Counted from the first letter of the stretch, positions 1 through 8,945 are shown. The stretch is 32,000 nucleotides of DNA from Candidatus Electronema halotolerans (GCA_942493095.1 OW818675.1:930001-962000); one strand, 5' to 3'. A program made the numbers and translations. The notes: generated by a model not told the origin, from the letters alone.

Positions 1-2104
1 AGTTGGTGATGTTTTCATCTACCGGGGCAATGAGCAGCTTTTTGACCACCACTGCGCCAATGCGGAACCGGCGCAGCAGGGCAAGGCGCTGGGTGTTGTC
101 GGCCCGCCAGAAGTCCCGCAGATGATAATTCAAATACCATTCATGGGGAACTGGAAAAAGCCGGTAGTTTCCTTCTGGATACATGAAAATTTTCGGCGGA
201 ACAGGCGGATTGCGCCGCAGCCAGGCAATCGCCTCCTGCAAGGCTGGACTGATTTGGCGAAGATTGTATGTTTTAGCCAGCACATAGCCGCCTTGCAGGA
301 AGGCAAGAGCTGCAATCAGGGTGATCAGCCATTTGGGCCGGGGCAGGCAGACGGTCCGCTCGGCGATGGGCAGGAGAAGAAATGGCAGGCCGGGCAGGAA
401 AAAACGGGCATCCGGCGCGCTGGCAAGAAACGCGGCGGCCAGCAGAGTGTAGGACAGCCCGACTCCCCAGAGCCAGATGCTTGAATCTTGGGCTGGCTGG
501 CGGCAGCGCAAACCCAGCAGCTGCAAGATGGCAGCGGCAATTCCGGCCAGCACCAAGAGCCAGAGCAGCAGGCCGCCATAAATGAAATAATTGGCTGTGA
601 TCCGCAGATCACCAGGATGATTGGCAATGATAGAAGCCTTGCGTTCTGAGATCACCGGCTTTTTTTTGGCAGATGCAGCTTTGTGCTTGTGAGCGGGCTG
701 AAGTGATGTATTCGCCGCGTGCGCCTCCGGCCATACTCTTTTCACGATCTGGTGGAATTTTTCCATAGGATAAAAAGGCGAGCCTGTTTCCTTATGGATG
801 GCCGCGCCTAATCCCCAGGTGCAAAGGCCGATCAGGACAAATGAACAGGCGCAGATTGCGGCTGTTCTGAGCAGACTGGTCCGCTGGATGGTCCAAATCA
901 GCAGGCAGAGGAAAAAGGCGGGGAAAAAGAGAATTGCGCTGACTTTCACGCCCAAGGCAAAGGCCATGAACAGGGTTGCCGCCAGCCAGCGGTTTTTTCG
1001 CAGCAAATAAAAGGCGGTCATGGCCTGCGCGGTCATGGGCACGTCCTGATAAAAGGTGACGGAAAAAATCAGGGTCATGGGCAGACTGGCCAAGATCAGC
1101 AGATAGGGCATGGCCGCTCTGGTCTCAACCCCGCCCCGGCTGCGGGCCAAGAGATAGGCGATGCCGAGGAACTGAATCAGATACAGGGCTTGATAGAACT
1201 GCACTGCGGCAAAGGAGCCGTGGGCGAGCCGGAAGAACACCGCCCCCAGATAATGCCAGAGAAAGGAATGCGGATAGGTCCGCTTTTCGGCATGGCCCCA
1301 GCCTGTGGGAATTTCAGCCGTGAAATTGGCTTTTGACAGCACCTTGGCCTGCTGTTCCAGCATGTAATAGTGAGTGACTTCATCGCCGACCATGACCTGC
1401 GGCGCAGCCATGCCTGTCCAGAAAACACCGAGTGCGGCGGCCAGAATGATCAGCGGCGCGCCCAATGTTGTGCCTCTGGCTGGACGGCGGCAGAGCCGCT
1501 GCCACTGTTCCATGAGCTTCTGCTGGAAACGGTGGCCATCTGTCTCTTCCGGCTTCATTTCCATGCCTTCCAGTTTGCTGATCCGCCGCAGCAGGGCGCG
1601 CTGATTCTTCTCCAGTTCAGAAATGGTGATGGAAAAATGAAACACTAAGAGCAGGAGAAAGGCGATGAACAGACCGGCTGCTGCTGCGCCGTAATGCACG
1701 CCCAGCAGGCTGGGAAAGGAACGGAGCAGATTGGGAAACAGGGCAGTGAGCAGGACAATCAGGCTGACCGTGCTCCATGTCAGGCCGTAGCGTTTTTGCA
1801 GGCCGGTTTTCAGCCATGCGGAAATGGTGAGGAAGAGCAGGGACAGACTGAAGAAAATCGCAATCAGGCGGATGCGGAAGGCTGGGTCAAGGCCGCCGAT
1901 GAAGCGGGCCAGACTTTCCTCCAAGGCCACTGCGGCCATGAACAGGCCGGCGAGCAGGCCCAGGAGGCCGCCGAATCGGTTGATCCGCCGGTCCCAGAGC
2001 GCAGTCACCACCAGCATGACAAGGAGCACGCCAAGAAAAAGCAGGAAAAGCTGTGGCAGGGCTGTGCCGAGCCAGCGGGCGGCAAAGGCGGTGATGGTGT
2101 CCAT
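1..2104 (-). CDS. Multi-pass membrane glycosyltransferase (GT-C/ArnT-PMT-like) with N-terminal DUF2304-like region; 3' end beyond window
   Basis: Manual reverse-strand translation from ATG at 2104 (MDTITAFAARWLGTALPQLFLLFLGVLLVMLVV...) stays open to the window edge. Contains ...RIRLIAIFFSLSLLFLTISAWLKTGLQKRYGLTWSTVSLIVLLTALFPNLLRSFPSLLGVHYG...ITISELEKNQRALLRRISKLE (DUF2304-like), then a hydrophobic region with VGDEVTHYY (acidic DE motif of GT-C enzymes). Not in the ORF track because it has no stop inside the window. Confidence 0.7.
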   Translation of the reverse strand, partial: MDTITAFAARWLGTALPQLFLLFLGVLLVMLVVTALWDRRINRFGGLLGLLAGLFMAAVALEESLARFIGGLDPAFRIRLIAIFFSLSLLFLTISAWLKTGLQKRYGLTWSTVSLIVLLTALFPNLLRSFPSLLGVHYGAAAAGLFIAFLLLLVFHFSITISELEKNQRALLRRISKLEGMEMKPEETDGHRFQQKLMEQWQRLCRRPARGTTLGAPLIILAAALGVFWTGMAAPQVMVGDEVTHYYMLEQQAKVLSKANFTAEIPTGWGHAEKRTYPHSFLWHYLGAVFFRLAHGSFAAVQFYQALYLIQFLGIAYLLARSRGGVETRAAMPYLLILASLPMTLIFSVTFYQDVPMTAQAMTAFYLLRKNRWLAATLFMAFALGVKVSAILFFPAFFLCLLIWTIQRTSLLRTAAICACSFVLIGLCTWGLGAAIHKETGSPFYPMEKFHQIVKRVWPEAHAANTSLQPAHKHKAASAKKKPVISERKASIIANHPGDLRITANYFIYGGLLLWLLVLAGIAAAILQLLGLRCRQPAQDSSIWLWGVGLSYTLLAAAFLASAPDARFFLPGLPFLLLPIAERTVCLPRPKWLITLIAALAFLQGGYVLAKTYNLRQISPALQEAIAWLRRNPPVPPKIFMYPEGNYRLFPVPHEWYLNYHLRDFWRADNTQRLALLRRFRIGAVVVKKLLIAPVDENITN

Positions 2105-2163
2105 GAACTGTTTGCTGATGTTAGGTGTTATAGCTGAAGCAGGATAAAGTGGTCACAGCGGCA

Positions 2164-4848
2164 TCACGCCCTCTTTCTCGCCTCCTCCACCAAGTCATAA
2201 ACCAGCTCCTGCGCCTGCCGGGGTGTCAGTTCATCCGGGTTGATGCCCTCCAGCAGCTTGCGCAGCTTGTCCTCCTTGGGCGGGAAGAGCGAGAGCTGCT
2301 GCCCCTGCTTCTTTCCTGATACAGCAATAGTCGGCTCGCCCGCCGGTGTGAACTCGCCCCGCTCAATGTTAGTCAGGATTTCTTGCGCCCGCTGCACCAC
2401 CTGCTTAGGCACGCCTGCCAAGGCCGCCACCTGAATGCCATAGCTGCGGCTGGCCTTGCCTTTGACTAACTTGTGCAGGAAGATGATGCTGCCCTTGTGC
2501 TCCCGCACGGCAATGGAGTAATTCTGGATGCGCTGCTTAGTGGCTGCGAGGTCAGTCAGCTCGTGGTAATGGGTGGCGAACATGGTCTTGACTCCGCGTC
2601 CGTTCTTGTCGGCCAGCTCCTCAGCCACGGCCCAGGCTATAGCCAAGCCGTCGTAGGTTGACGTGCCCCGCCCGATCTCATCAAGAATAACCAAGCTGCG
2701 TTCGGTCGCATTGTTGAGGATGTTGGCGGTCTCGTTCATCTCGACCATGAAGGTTGACTGGCCGCGCCGCAGATCGTCCATTGCTCCCACCCGCGTAAAG
2801 ATGCGGTCAACAAGGCATATCTCCGCCTGCGCTGCCGGAACAAAGCTGCCGATATGGGCCATGAGCACAATCAGGGCGGTCTGCCGCAGCACAGTTGACT
2901 TGCCTGCCATGTTCGGGCCAGTGATGATCAGCAGCTCGTGCTCGTCCTGATCCAACAGCACGTCATTAGGGACAAAGCGGCCCGCTTCCAAGCTGCGCTC
3001 AATCACCGGGTGGCGGCCTTCTGCTATATATAGTGTGTCCGCGTCAGTCATCCTTGGCCGAACGTACTGATAGCGGGCTGCCGCCTCAGCCAGATTAGTG
3101 AAGAAGTCGCTGCGGGCCACGGCATGGGCCGCTTGCAGGAGCCGCTCGCTCTGGGCCGCAATCTGCCCGCGTATCTGGATGAACAAGTCGTATTCCAGCG
3201 TCAGCCGCCGCTCCTCTGCCGTGCTGATCTTCTCCTCCAGCTCCTTCAGCTCCGGGGTGATGAAGCGCTCGGCATTGGCCAAGGTCTGCTTGCGGATGAA
3301 ATACTCTGGCAGCTCGCCCTTCTGCTGCGCCCGGCTGACCTCGAAATAGTAGCCAAAGACCCGGTTGCAGCCCACCTTGAGCTTGGCAATGCCGCTCCGC
3401 TCCCGCTCCTTGGCCTCCAAGTTCAGGACAAGCTGCTTGCCGTCCCGGAGCAGGTGGAGCAGCTCGTCCAGCTCCTCGTTGAAGCCCTCGCGGATCAGGT
3501 TGCCTTCGCGCAGGGTGACAGGCGCATCTTCCCGGATAGCCTGATGGATGAGATCATGCAGATCAAAGAGCGGGTCCAGCTCAAGGCCGATCTCTTGCAG
3601 CAGGCCGCCCGGCGTGTTCATGAGCAGCTTTTTCAGCTCTGGCAGACAGGCGAGCGAGAGCTTGAGCGCGGCCATGTCACGGGCATTGCCGTGCCCAAGG
3701 ACAAGGCGGCTGCACAGGCGTTCCATGTCATAAATGCCCTTGAGCAGCTCCTGCATCTCGCGCCGCCGCAGGTTGTCGGCAAGGAGTATATCCACTGCTT
3801 CCAGCCGCTGCTCAATCCGCGCCCTGTCTTGGAGCGGGAAGAGGAGCCGCTGCCGGAGCAGGCGTGCGCCCATTGGCGTGCAGGTCAGATCAAGCACTGA
3901 GAGGAGCGAGCCGTGCCGCTTGCCGCCGATCAGGGTCTCGGTCAGCTCCAAGTTGCGGCGCGAGGAGTCATCAATGATCAGGAAGCCGGAGCGGGAGAGC
4001 AGGCGGAGCTGGCGGATAAAGGTCAGCTCGGTCTTCTGGGTTTCCTGGATGTAGGCCAGCAGGCCGCCCGCCGCCCGGATGCCGCTGTCCATGCCCTCGC
4101 AGCCAAAGCCTGCCAGGCTGCTGACCCGGAAGTGCTCCAGCAGGGTGCTGCGGGCATTGTGGCCTTCAAAGCTGCTGCTCTCGCGCAGGGTCAGACAGAG
4201 GTTCGGCAGGAGCATCCTCAAGTTGTCGATCAGGGCAGTCAGCGGCTCGGCTTCGTCCTCGGCCAGAAGCAGCTCGGCAGGCTGCATCCGGGTGATCTCG
4301 TCCTCAACCAAGTCAAAGCGGCCCTCGTTGAGCGGCACTTCGCTGATCAGGAAATTGCCGGTGGAGACATCAAGAAAGCTGAGGCCGACAGCCAGCAGCT
4401 TCTGCCCTTTGCGGCTCGCAGTCAGGGCGCAGACAAAGGTGTTGCTCTTCTCATCCAATATCTGCTCGTCCGTGGTCACGCCGGGCGAGACCACCCGCAC
4501 CACCTCGCGCCGGACGATGCCCTTGCTCTGCTTGGGGTCTTCCACCTGCTCACAGATGGCCACCCGGAAGCCAGCCCGCACCATCTTGCTCAGGTAGCTG
4601 GAAACCGCGTGATACGGCACGCCGCACATCGGCACCTCGTTCTCATCGCCCTTGTTGCGCGAGGTCAGGGTGATGCCCAGCACCCGCGAGGCCATTTCCG
4701 CATCATCAAAGAACATCTCGTAGAAGTCGCCCATGCGGTAAAACAAGATCGTGCCAGGGTGCTGCTCCTTGAGTTCAAGGTACTGCCGGAGCATGGGCGT
4801 GATCTTGAGGGCAGCGGGCTGGTCAGGGGCGGTGTTGTCAGAAGCCAC
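2164..4848 (-). CDS. mutS: DNA mismatch repair protein MutS
   Basis: KITPMLRQYLELKEQHPGTILFYRMGDFYEMFFDDA, Walker A TGPNMAGKSTVLRQTALI, DEIGRGTSTYDGLAIAWA, ATHYHEL. The track ORF opens with TTG at 4935; GTG at 4848 (VASDNTAPDQPAALKITP) is a more plausible start. Confidence 0.97.
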   Translation of the reverse strand: MASDNTAPDQPAALKITPMLRQYLELKEQHPGTILFYRMGDFYEMFFDDAEMASRVLGITLTSRNKGDENEVPMCGVPYHAVSSYLSKMVRAGFRVAICEQVEDPKQSKGIVRREVVRVVSPGVTTDEQILDEKSNTFVCALTASRKGQKLLAVGLSFLDVSTGNFLISEVPLNEGRFDLVEDEITRMQPAELLLAEDEAEPLTALIDNLRMLLPNLCLTLRESSSFEGHNARSTLLEHFRVSSLAGFGCEGMDSGIRAAGGLLAYIQETQKTELTFIRQLRLLSRSGFLIIDDSSRRNLELTETLIGGKRHGSLLSVLDLTCTPMGARLLRQRLLFPLQDRARIEQRLEAVDILLADNLRRREMQELLKGIYDMERLCSRLVLGHGNARDMAALKLSLACLPELKKLLMNTPGGLLQEIGLELDPLFDLHDLIHQAIREDAPVTLREGNLIREGFNEELDELLHLLRDGKQLVLNLEAKERERSGIAKLKVGCNRVFGYYFEVSRAQQKGELPEYFIRKQTLANAERFITPELKELEEKISTAEERRLTLEYDLFIQIRGQIAAQSERLLQAAHAVARSDFFTNLAEAAARYQYVRPRMTDADTLYIAEGRHPVIERSLEAGRFVPNDVLLDQDEHELLIITGPNMAGKSTVLRQTALIVLMAHIGSFVPAAQAEICLVDRIFTRVGAMDDLRRGQSTFMVEMNETANILNNATERSLVILDEIGRGTSTYDGLAIAWAVAEELADKNGRGVKTMFATHYHELTDLAATKQRIQNYSIAVREHKGSIIFLHKLVKGKASRSYGIQVAALAGVPKQVVQRAQEILTNIERGEFTPAGEPTIAVSGKKQGQQLSLFPPKEDKLRKLLEGINPDELTPRQAQELVYDLVEEARKRA

Positions 4849-5031
4849 GGTGATGGTGCTATGGTTAGGATTGACGGGAAAGGCGCTGGTGAGGAGATTC
4901 AAGGCGATGCCGAAGAAAGGATCACTATCGGCCAATTTACGGAAGATTCTTTCCTATGGCAATAAGAAAATTACGAAAAGCCGTCTGTGCAAAATGCCTT
5001 GGAGTCAGGCTCCCTTTCTCTCCCGCAGCAT

Positions 5032-5193
5032 CACCAGAAGCACTCCCGTGCAATTCATCATTGCACGGGAGAACTACGCACCATCGCACGAGAGAAGTAT
5101 CTGCCGTTGTACTCTGGTGCAACCCACCGTTGCACGAGAGAGGTATCCATCATCGCACGAGAGAAGTACGCATCGTTACACGGGAGAAGTATC
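5032..5193. repeat. Degenerate 23-bp tandem repeat, about 7 units, with some units in inverted orientation
   Basis: Units: 5056-5078 CATCATTGCACGGGAGAACTACG; 5079-5101 CACCATCGCACGAGAGAAGTATC; 5102-5124 TGCCGTTGTACTCTGGTGCAACC; 5125-5147 CACCGTTGCACGAGAGAGGTATC; 5148-5170 CATCATCGCACGAGAGAAGTACG; 5171-5193 CATCGTTACACGGGAGAAGTATC; a diverged/flipped unit at about 5032-5055. Confidence 0.9.
5043..5071. repeat. Perfect 11-bp inverted repeat with 7-nt loop
   Basis: CTCCCGTGCAA (5043-5053) / ttcatca / TTGCACGGGAG (5061-5071). Confidence 0.9.
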
Positions 5194-5205
5194 TGCTGAA
5201 AGCAG

Positions 5206-5250
5206 CAAATGCCGCCCAAGCCAGTTAGACAGTGCTTGTGAGTCAAACTC
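5206..5250. repeat. Left copy of a dispersed repeat bracketing the 5255-6355 gene
   Basis: CAAATGCCGCCCAAGCCAGTTAGACAGTGCTTGTGAGTCAAACT matches 6462-6505 at about 37/44 positions in direct orientation; AGTGCTTGTGAGTCAAACTC (5231-5250) matches the reverse complement of 6565-6584 at 19/20. Confidence 0.85.
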
Positions 5251-5254
5251 GCTG

Positions 5255-6355
5255 TCAGGCCCCGGATGATTGATTGAGGTGCTCCTGCTTCCTCGCTTCG
5301 ACAACCGCGCAGAACTCAGCCTTGTTTTTATTGAAATAAGCCTGACACTCTTCCGAGAAGCCAAAGACGGCCCAAGGAGCGGTCTCTGCGGCCAGGCTCA
5401 AGACGCGGTCAACCGTAATCTCGCCGCCTTGAATCTCTGCGGTGCCGCCAGAGCAGATCAGGGAGGCGGCATAGGTCTTGCCAGCGGGAATGAAATAGAT
5501 GTTGCGCTGGGTGACTTTCTTGTATGCCCAGAGCAGATCATCAAGGCGCAGGATGTCAAAACTGAAAAAGGATGACTGAATAAGAAACTCTTTGGTGACT
5601 GTCCAACTGCCGGCTTTGAAGGCGTTGGGTGAGTTGAACTGCCGCTCTGCCGCTGAGGAGATGAGGTGCGGCTTGCCCCAGTTGCTGACCTTTTTGCACA
5701 GCGGGTGCGAGTCAGGGTTCCGCAGGCGCAGCCATGCCGGAATTCCTATGCTGGCCAAGATGACGAGCAGGCAGGCCAAGACCGCAATGACGAACCAGCC
5801 AATGGAGCGAAATTCGTCCTTGCTGTTTAGATAAAACGGATAGAAGCGGCTGCGGTTATCCCGCATCTCCTTGTCGCTGAAAAGGTTCTGGGACACCTCG
5901 GCAGGCATTGGCTCCAATGCGCCCTCAACCGTGGTCTTGGCCGTGTAGCCGCCTTCGTAGATAAGGAATTTGTCTCCCATGACCAGCGCATAATACTTTG
6001 CATCCACAGACTCGCTTTGCTTGACACCGTTCTTGGTGCGGACGCTGATCTTCGTCAGGCCGGTGTCTATTGCTTTTGAGCCGGATACTCTGGCAAAGTA
6101 GCGCGGGGCCGCCGACACATCCTTAATCTGGTCCAGATCAGCCGCGCTGAGATTGTGCGGCCCGCTGATGAAGTTCTCAATGTACCGCTGCTGCGTGAAG
6201 AGCAGCAGGGCAATGCAGACGATGATGACAGCGCAGACTGTGAGCCGCCTCCCGCTCCGCTCCTTGATCATTCTGTGAATCCATGTTTCCATCCGCTTCA
6301 TCTCCTCCGCATTGGTTATTCTGCCTGCGCTCGTTATGAGCAGTTCGTAGCGCAT
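5255..6355 (-). CDS. Hypothetical membrane protein with two predicted transmembrane segments
   Basis: ORF 5255..6502; the upstream part overlaps repeat DNA, so ATG at 6355 (MRYELLITSAGRITNAEEMKRMETWIHRMIKER...) or a later ATG is more likely. Hydrophobic segments LTVCAVIIVCIALLLF and IGWFVIAVLACLLVILASIGIPAWL. Confidence 0.7.
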   Translation of the reverse strand: MRYELLITSAGRITNAEEMKRMETWIHRMIKERSGRRLTVCAVIIVCIALLLFTQQRYIENFISGPHNLSAADLDQIKDVSAAPRYFARVSGSKAIDTGLTKISVRTKNGVKQSESVDAKYYALVMGDKFLIYEGGYTAKTTVEGALEPMPAEVSQNLFSDKEMRDNRSRFYPFYLNSKDEFRSIGWFVIAVLACLLVILASIGIPAWLRLRNPDSHPLCKKVSNWGKPHLISSAAERQFNSPNAFKAGSWTVTKEFLIQSSFFSFDILRLDDLLWAYKKVTQRNIYFIPAGKTYAASLICSGGTAEIQGGEITVDRVLSLAAETAPWAVFGFSEECQAYFNKNKAEFCAVVEARKQEHLNQSSGA

Positions 6356-6461
6356 GATCACGGCGCACCCGCGCCATGCAGGGCAAAACATCCTAAAAAG
6401 CCGCACAGGCTTTGTCAAGGAAAAGCTGTGGTTGCTTGTCAGTTCGGAGGAAATGGGACAG

Positions 6462-6584
6462 AAAGTGCCGCCCAAGCCAGCTAGACAGCACTTGTGCATC
6501 AAACTGGATAACGCTTATGAGTCAGGCTCACAAGCGTTTATGACTCAGACTCATAAGTGCTTATGAGTTTGAGTCACAAGCACT
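6462..6584. repeat. Right copy of the dispersed repeat plus a cluster of GAGTC/GACTC-containing palindromes
   Basis: Direct-repeat part 6462-6505; hairpins 6510-6522/6526-6538, 6547-6557/6560-6570 (core CTCATAAG-TG-CTTATGAG) and 6556-6566/6574-6584. Confidence 0.85.
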
Positions 6585-6624
6585 GTCGAGTGTGGCCGCT
6601 TCCGTCAGCCAGTCAGCCGTCAAT

Positions 6625-7902
6625 CTACAGCAGCCCCTCCACCCGCTTCATGGCGCAGAAGTCGCCGCACATGGTGCAGACTCCCTTGTCCGCAGGCTGC
6701 GAGGACTCGCGGTAGGCCCGCGCCTTGTCCGGGTCAATGGCAAGGGCGAACTGGCCTTCCCAGTCCAAGCTGCGCCGCGCCTTGCTCATGGCATGATCAA
6801 GTTCGATGGCTCCGGGCAGTCCCTTGGCTATGTCGCCTGCATGGGCGGCAATCTTGGAGGCCATGATGCCCTCTTTCACGTCATCAGCAGAGGGCAGGCG
6901 CAGATGCTCTGCCGGGGTGACATAGCAGAGGAAGTCGGCCCCGTGCATGGCTGCCAGTGCCCCGCCAATGGCCGAGGTGATGTGATCGTAGCCAGGGGCA
7001 ATGTCTGTCACCAAGGGGCCGAGGACATAGAACGGCGCGTCATGACAGAGCTTCTTTTGCAGCTTCATGTTCATCTCCACCTCGTGCAGCGGCACATGAC
7101 CCGGCCCTTCAATCATCACCTGCACATTGTGCGCCCAAGCCCGCTTGGTCAGCTCGCCAAGGGTGATCAGCTCCTCAATCTGGGGCGCGTCGGTGGAATC
7201 CTTGACCGCGCCAGGCCGCAAACCGTCGCCAAGGCTGATGCAGACATCGTGCCGCTCGCAGATGGCCAGCAAACGGTCAAAGTGCTCATAAAAAGGATTC
7301 TCCTGCCCGGTCTTGGCCATCCACTCGAAGAGAATTGAGCCGCCCCGGCTGACAATGCCGCAGAGACGGGGATTGGCGCGCAGGCTTTGGGCGCACTTGC
7401 TGGTCAGGCCAGCGTGAATGGTGATGAAGTCAATACCGTTCTCCGCATGAATCTCCACGGTCTTGAACCAGTCCTCAATGGTGATCTCGGCAGTGGGCTT
7501 GCCAGTCCGGGTCAGGGTGTCGTAAATCGGCACTGTGCCGATCATTAGCGGCACTTCCGCCACCAGCCGCTTGCGGAAGCCCTCTGTATCGCCGGACACG
7601 CTCAAGTCCATGACCCCGTCCGCCTTGTGCTGCACAGCCAGCCGGGCCTTGTTCATCTCTGACTCAAAGGAGCAGACATCCTTGGACACGCCCAAATTGA
7701 CATTGATCTTGGTCTTCAGCCCTGCCCCGACTCCGGCGGCCTTGAGGCAGCGATGATGCTTGTTGGCCGGAATGGCGATCCGGCCCTGCGCCAGCCGCAT
7801 CATAAGGTCTTCTTTGCTGATCGGCTCGGTGCGCAGCACCTCCTCCATCTGCGGGGTAAGGATGCCCTTGCGGGCCGCGTCCATCTGGGTCGTATAAGTC
7901 AT
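6625..7902 (-). CDS. thiC: Phosphomethylpyrimidine synthase ThiC
   Basis: MTYTTQMDAARKGILTPQMEEVL, NVNLGVSKD, IEGPGHVPLHEVEMNMKLQKKLCHDAPFYVLGPLVTDIAPGYDHITSAIGGA, C-terminal CTMCGDFCAMK cluster-binding motif. Confidence 0.97.
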   Translation of the reverse strand: MTYTTQMDAARKGILTPQMEEVLRTEPISKEDLMMRLAQGRIAIPANKHHRCLKAAGVGAGLKTKINVNLGVSKDVCSFESEMNKARLAVQHKADGVMDLSVSGDTEGFRKRLVAEVPLMIGTVPIYDTLTRTGKPTAEITIEDWFKTVEIHAENGIDFITIHAGLTSKCAQSLRANPRLCGIVSRGGSILFEWMAKTGQENPFYEHFDRLLAICERHDVCISLGDGLRPGAVKDSTDAPQIEELITLGELTKRAWAHNVQVMIEGPGHVPLHEVEMNMKLQKKLCHDAPFYVLGPLVTDIAPGYDHITSAIGGALAAMHGADFLCYVTPAEHLRLPSADDVKEGIMASKIAAHAGDIAKGLPGAIELDHAMSKARRSLDWEGQFALAIDPDKARAYRESSQPADKGVCTMCGDFCAMKRVEGLL

Positions 7903-8945
7903 TCCTTCTCTCCTGAAAAGTTGATAATCTTGTTGATTTCCAGCACTCGCTGGCCGATGTCTTCCGCGCCAATGATTTCTGTGACCAAGCAGACGGTCTT
8001 TGCCCCTTTGGCCAGCACTTGGGGCAGATTGTCCCGCTTGATGCCGCCAATGGCGACAAAGGGAATTGCTGCATTCCTGACTGCCCAGTCCAAATACGCC
8101 AGGCCGACCGGGGCGCAGACATCCTCCTTGGTCTGGGTGCTGAAGATCGGCCCAACCCCGATATAGTCCGCGCCATCTTCAACAGCCTGCTGCGCCTGCT
8201 CCGGGCTGTGGGTTGAGCAGCCAAGGAGCATGTCCGGGGCAATCTTGCGCAGCTCACGGATGGGCAGGTCGTCCTGGCCTTGGTGGATGCCGTCCGCGCC
8301 GACCATCAGGGCAATGTCGGCATAATCGTTGATGATGAAGGGAATGCCCGCATCCTGCGTGATTTGGCGGATGGCAGCGCATTCCTCATACATGGCGCGG
8401 ATGCTCTTGTCCTTCAGCTTTTCCCGGTACTGCATGACCGCAACTCCGCCCTCTGCCATCTGCCGGGCCACTTCCACGTTGCTGCGGCCAAGTGAGAACT
8501 TCTCGCCCAGTATCCCGTAGATGCCCGCAGGCAAGGTGCGGCGGAAGAGCGGCAGGAAGCGGGACTCCAGTTCATAGACGGCAAAACGGAGCTGCTCAAC
8601 CTGCTTGCCCGCCTGATACTCACCCTGCGCCTTGAGCACTTCCTCCAAGACACGGGCCGCCTCCTGCACCCGCTTGCAATTGGCTTGGACTGTGTCGCGC
8701 AGGCCGCTGCGCTGATCAGCAGAATCTTGATTGGAAGTAATCCTGCCAACATCTTCGCCAGCAGCACGGGCAGCGAGCAAAGCCATTTCCCGGCCCTTGA
8801 ACAGCTCGCGCAAGAAATGGCGCAGCTTGCGCAGTTCAGCGGAAAGCTGCTGGTTGTCGAAATGAAAGCGGGCAATGTCCTCCAGCACCCGCAGCCCTTC
8901 AGCGGCCCGGTTGCAGTTTGCATCAAGCAGTCGTGATTCGTTCAT
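7899..8945 (-). CDS. thiE: Thiamine phosphate synthase with N-terminal ThiD2-like domain
   Basis: N-terminal LLDANCNRAAEGLRVLEDIARF...; C-terminal TIM-barrel VMQYREKLKDK...PFIINDYADIALMVGADGIHQGQDDLP...GCSTHSPEQA...YIGVGPIFSTQTKED...VAIGGI. Overlaps thiC start by 4 nt. Confidence 0.93.
   Translation of the reverse strand: MNESRLLDANCNRAAEGLRVLEDIARFHFDNQQLSAELRKLRHFLRELFKGREMALLAARAAGEDVGRITSNQDSADQRSGLRDTVQANCKRVQEAARVLEEVLKAQGEYQAGKQVEQLRFAVYELESRFLPLFRRTLPAGIYGILGEKFSLGRSNVEVARQMAEGGVAVMQYREKLKDKSIRAMYEECAAIRQITQDAGIPFIINDYADIALMVGADGIHQGQDDLPIRELRKIAPDMLLGCSTHSPEQAQQAVEDGADYIGVGPIFSTQTKEDVCAPVGLAYLDWAVRNAAIPFVAIGGIKRDNLPQVLAKGAKTVCLVTEIIGAEDIGQRVLEINKIINFSGEKE

Noticed and set aside
3124-4965. 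Long + strand ORFs (258 aa, 350 aa) opposite mutS
   Set aside because: Antisense shadow ORFs of a clear mutS gene in GC-rich DNA; no recognisable domains.
5032-5193. CRISPR array
   Set aside because: Units are contiguous 23-mers without unique spacers and with flipped copies; no cas genes in the window.
4937-5269. Short ORFs (61-172 aa) across the 23-bp repeat
   Set aside because: Unit length is not a multiple of three and translations look like repeat read-through, not protein.
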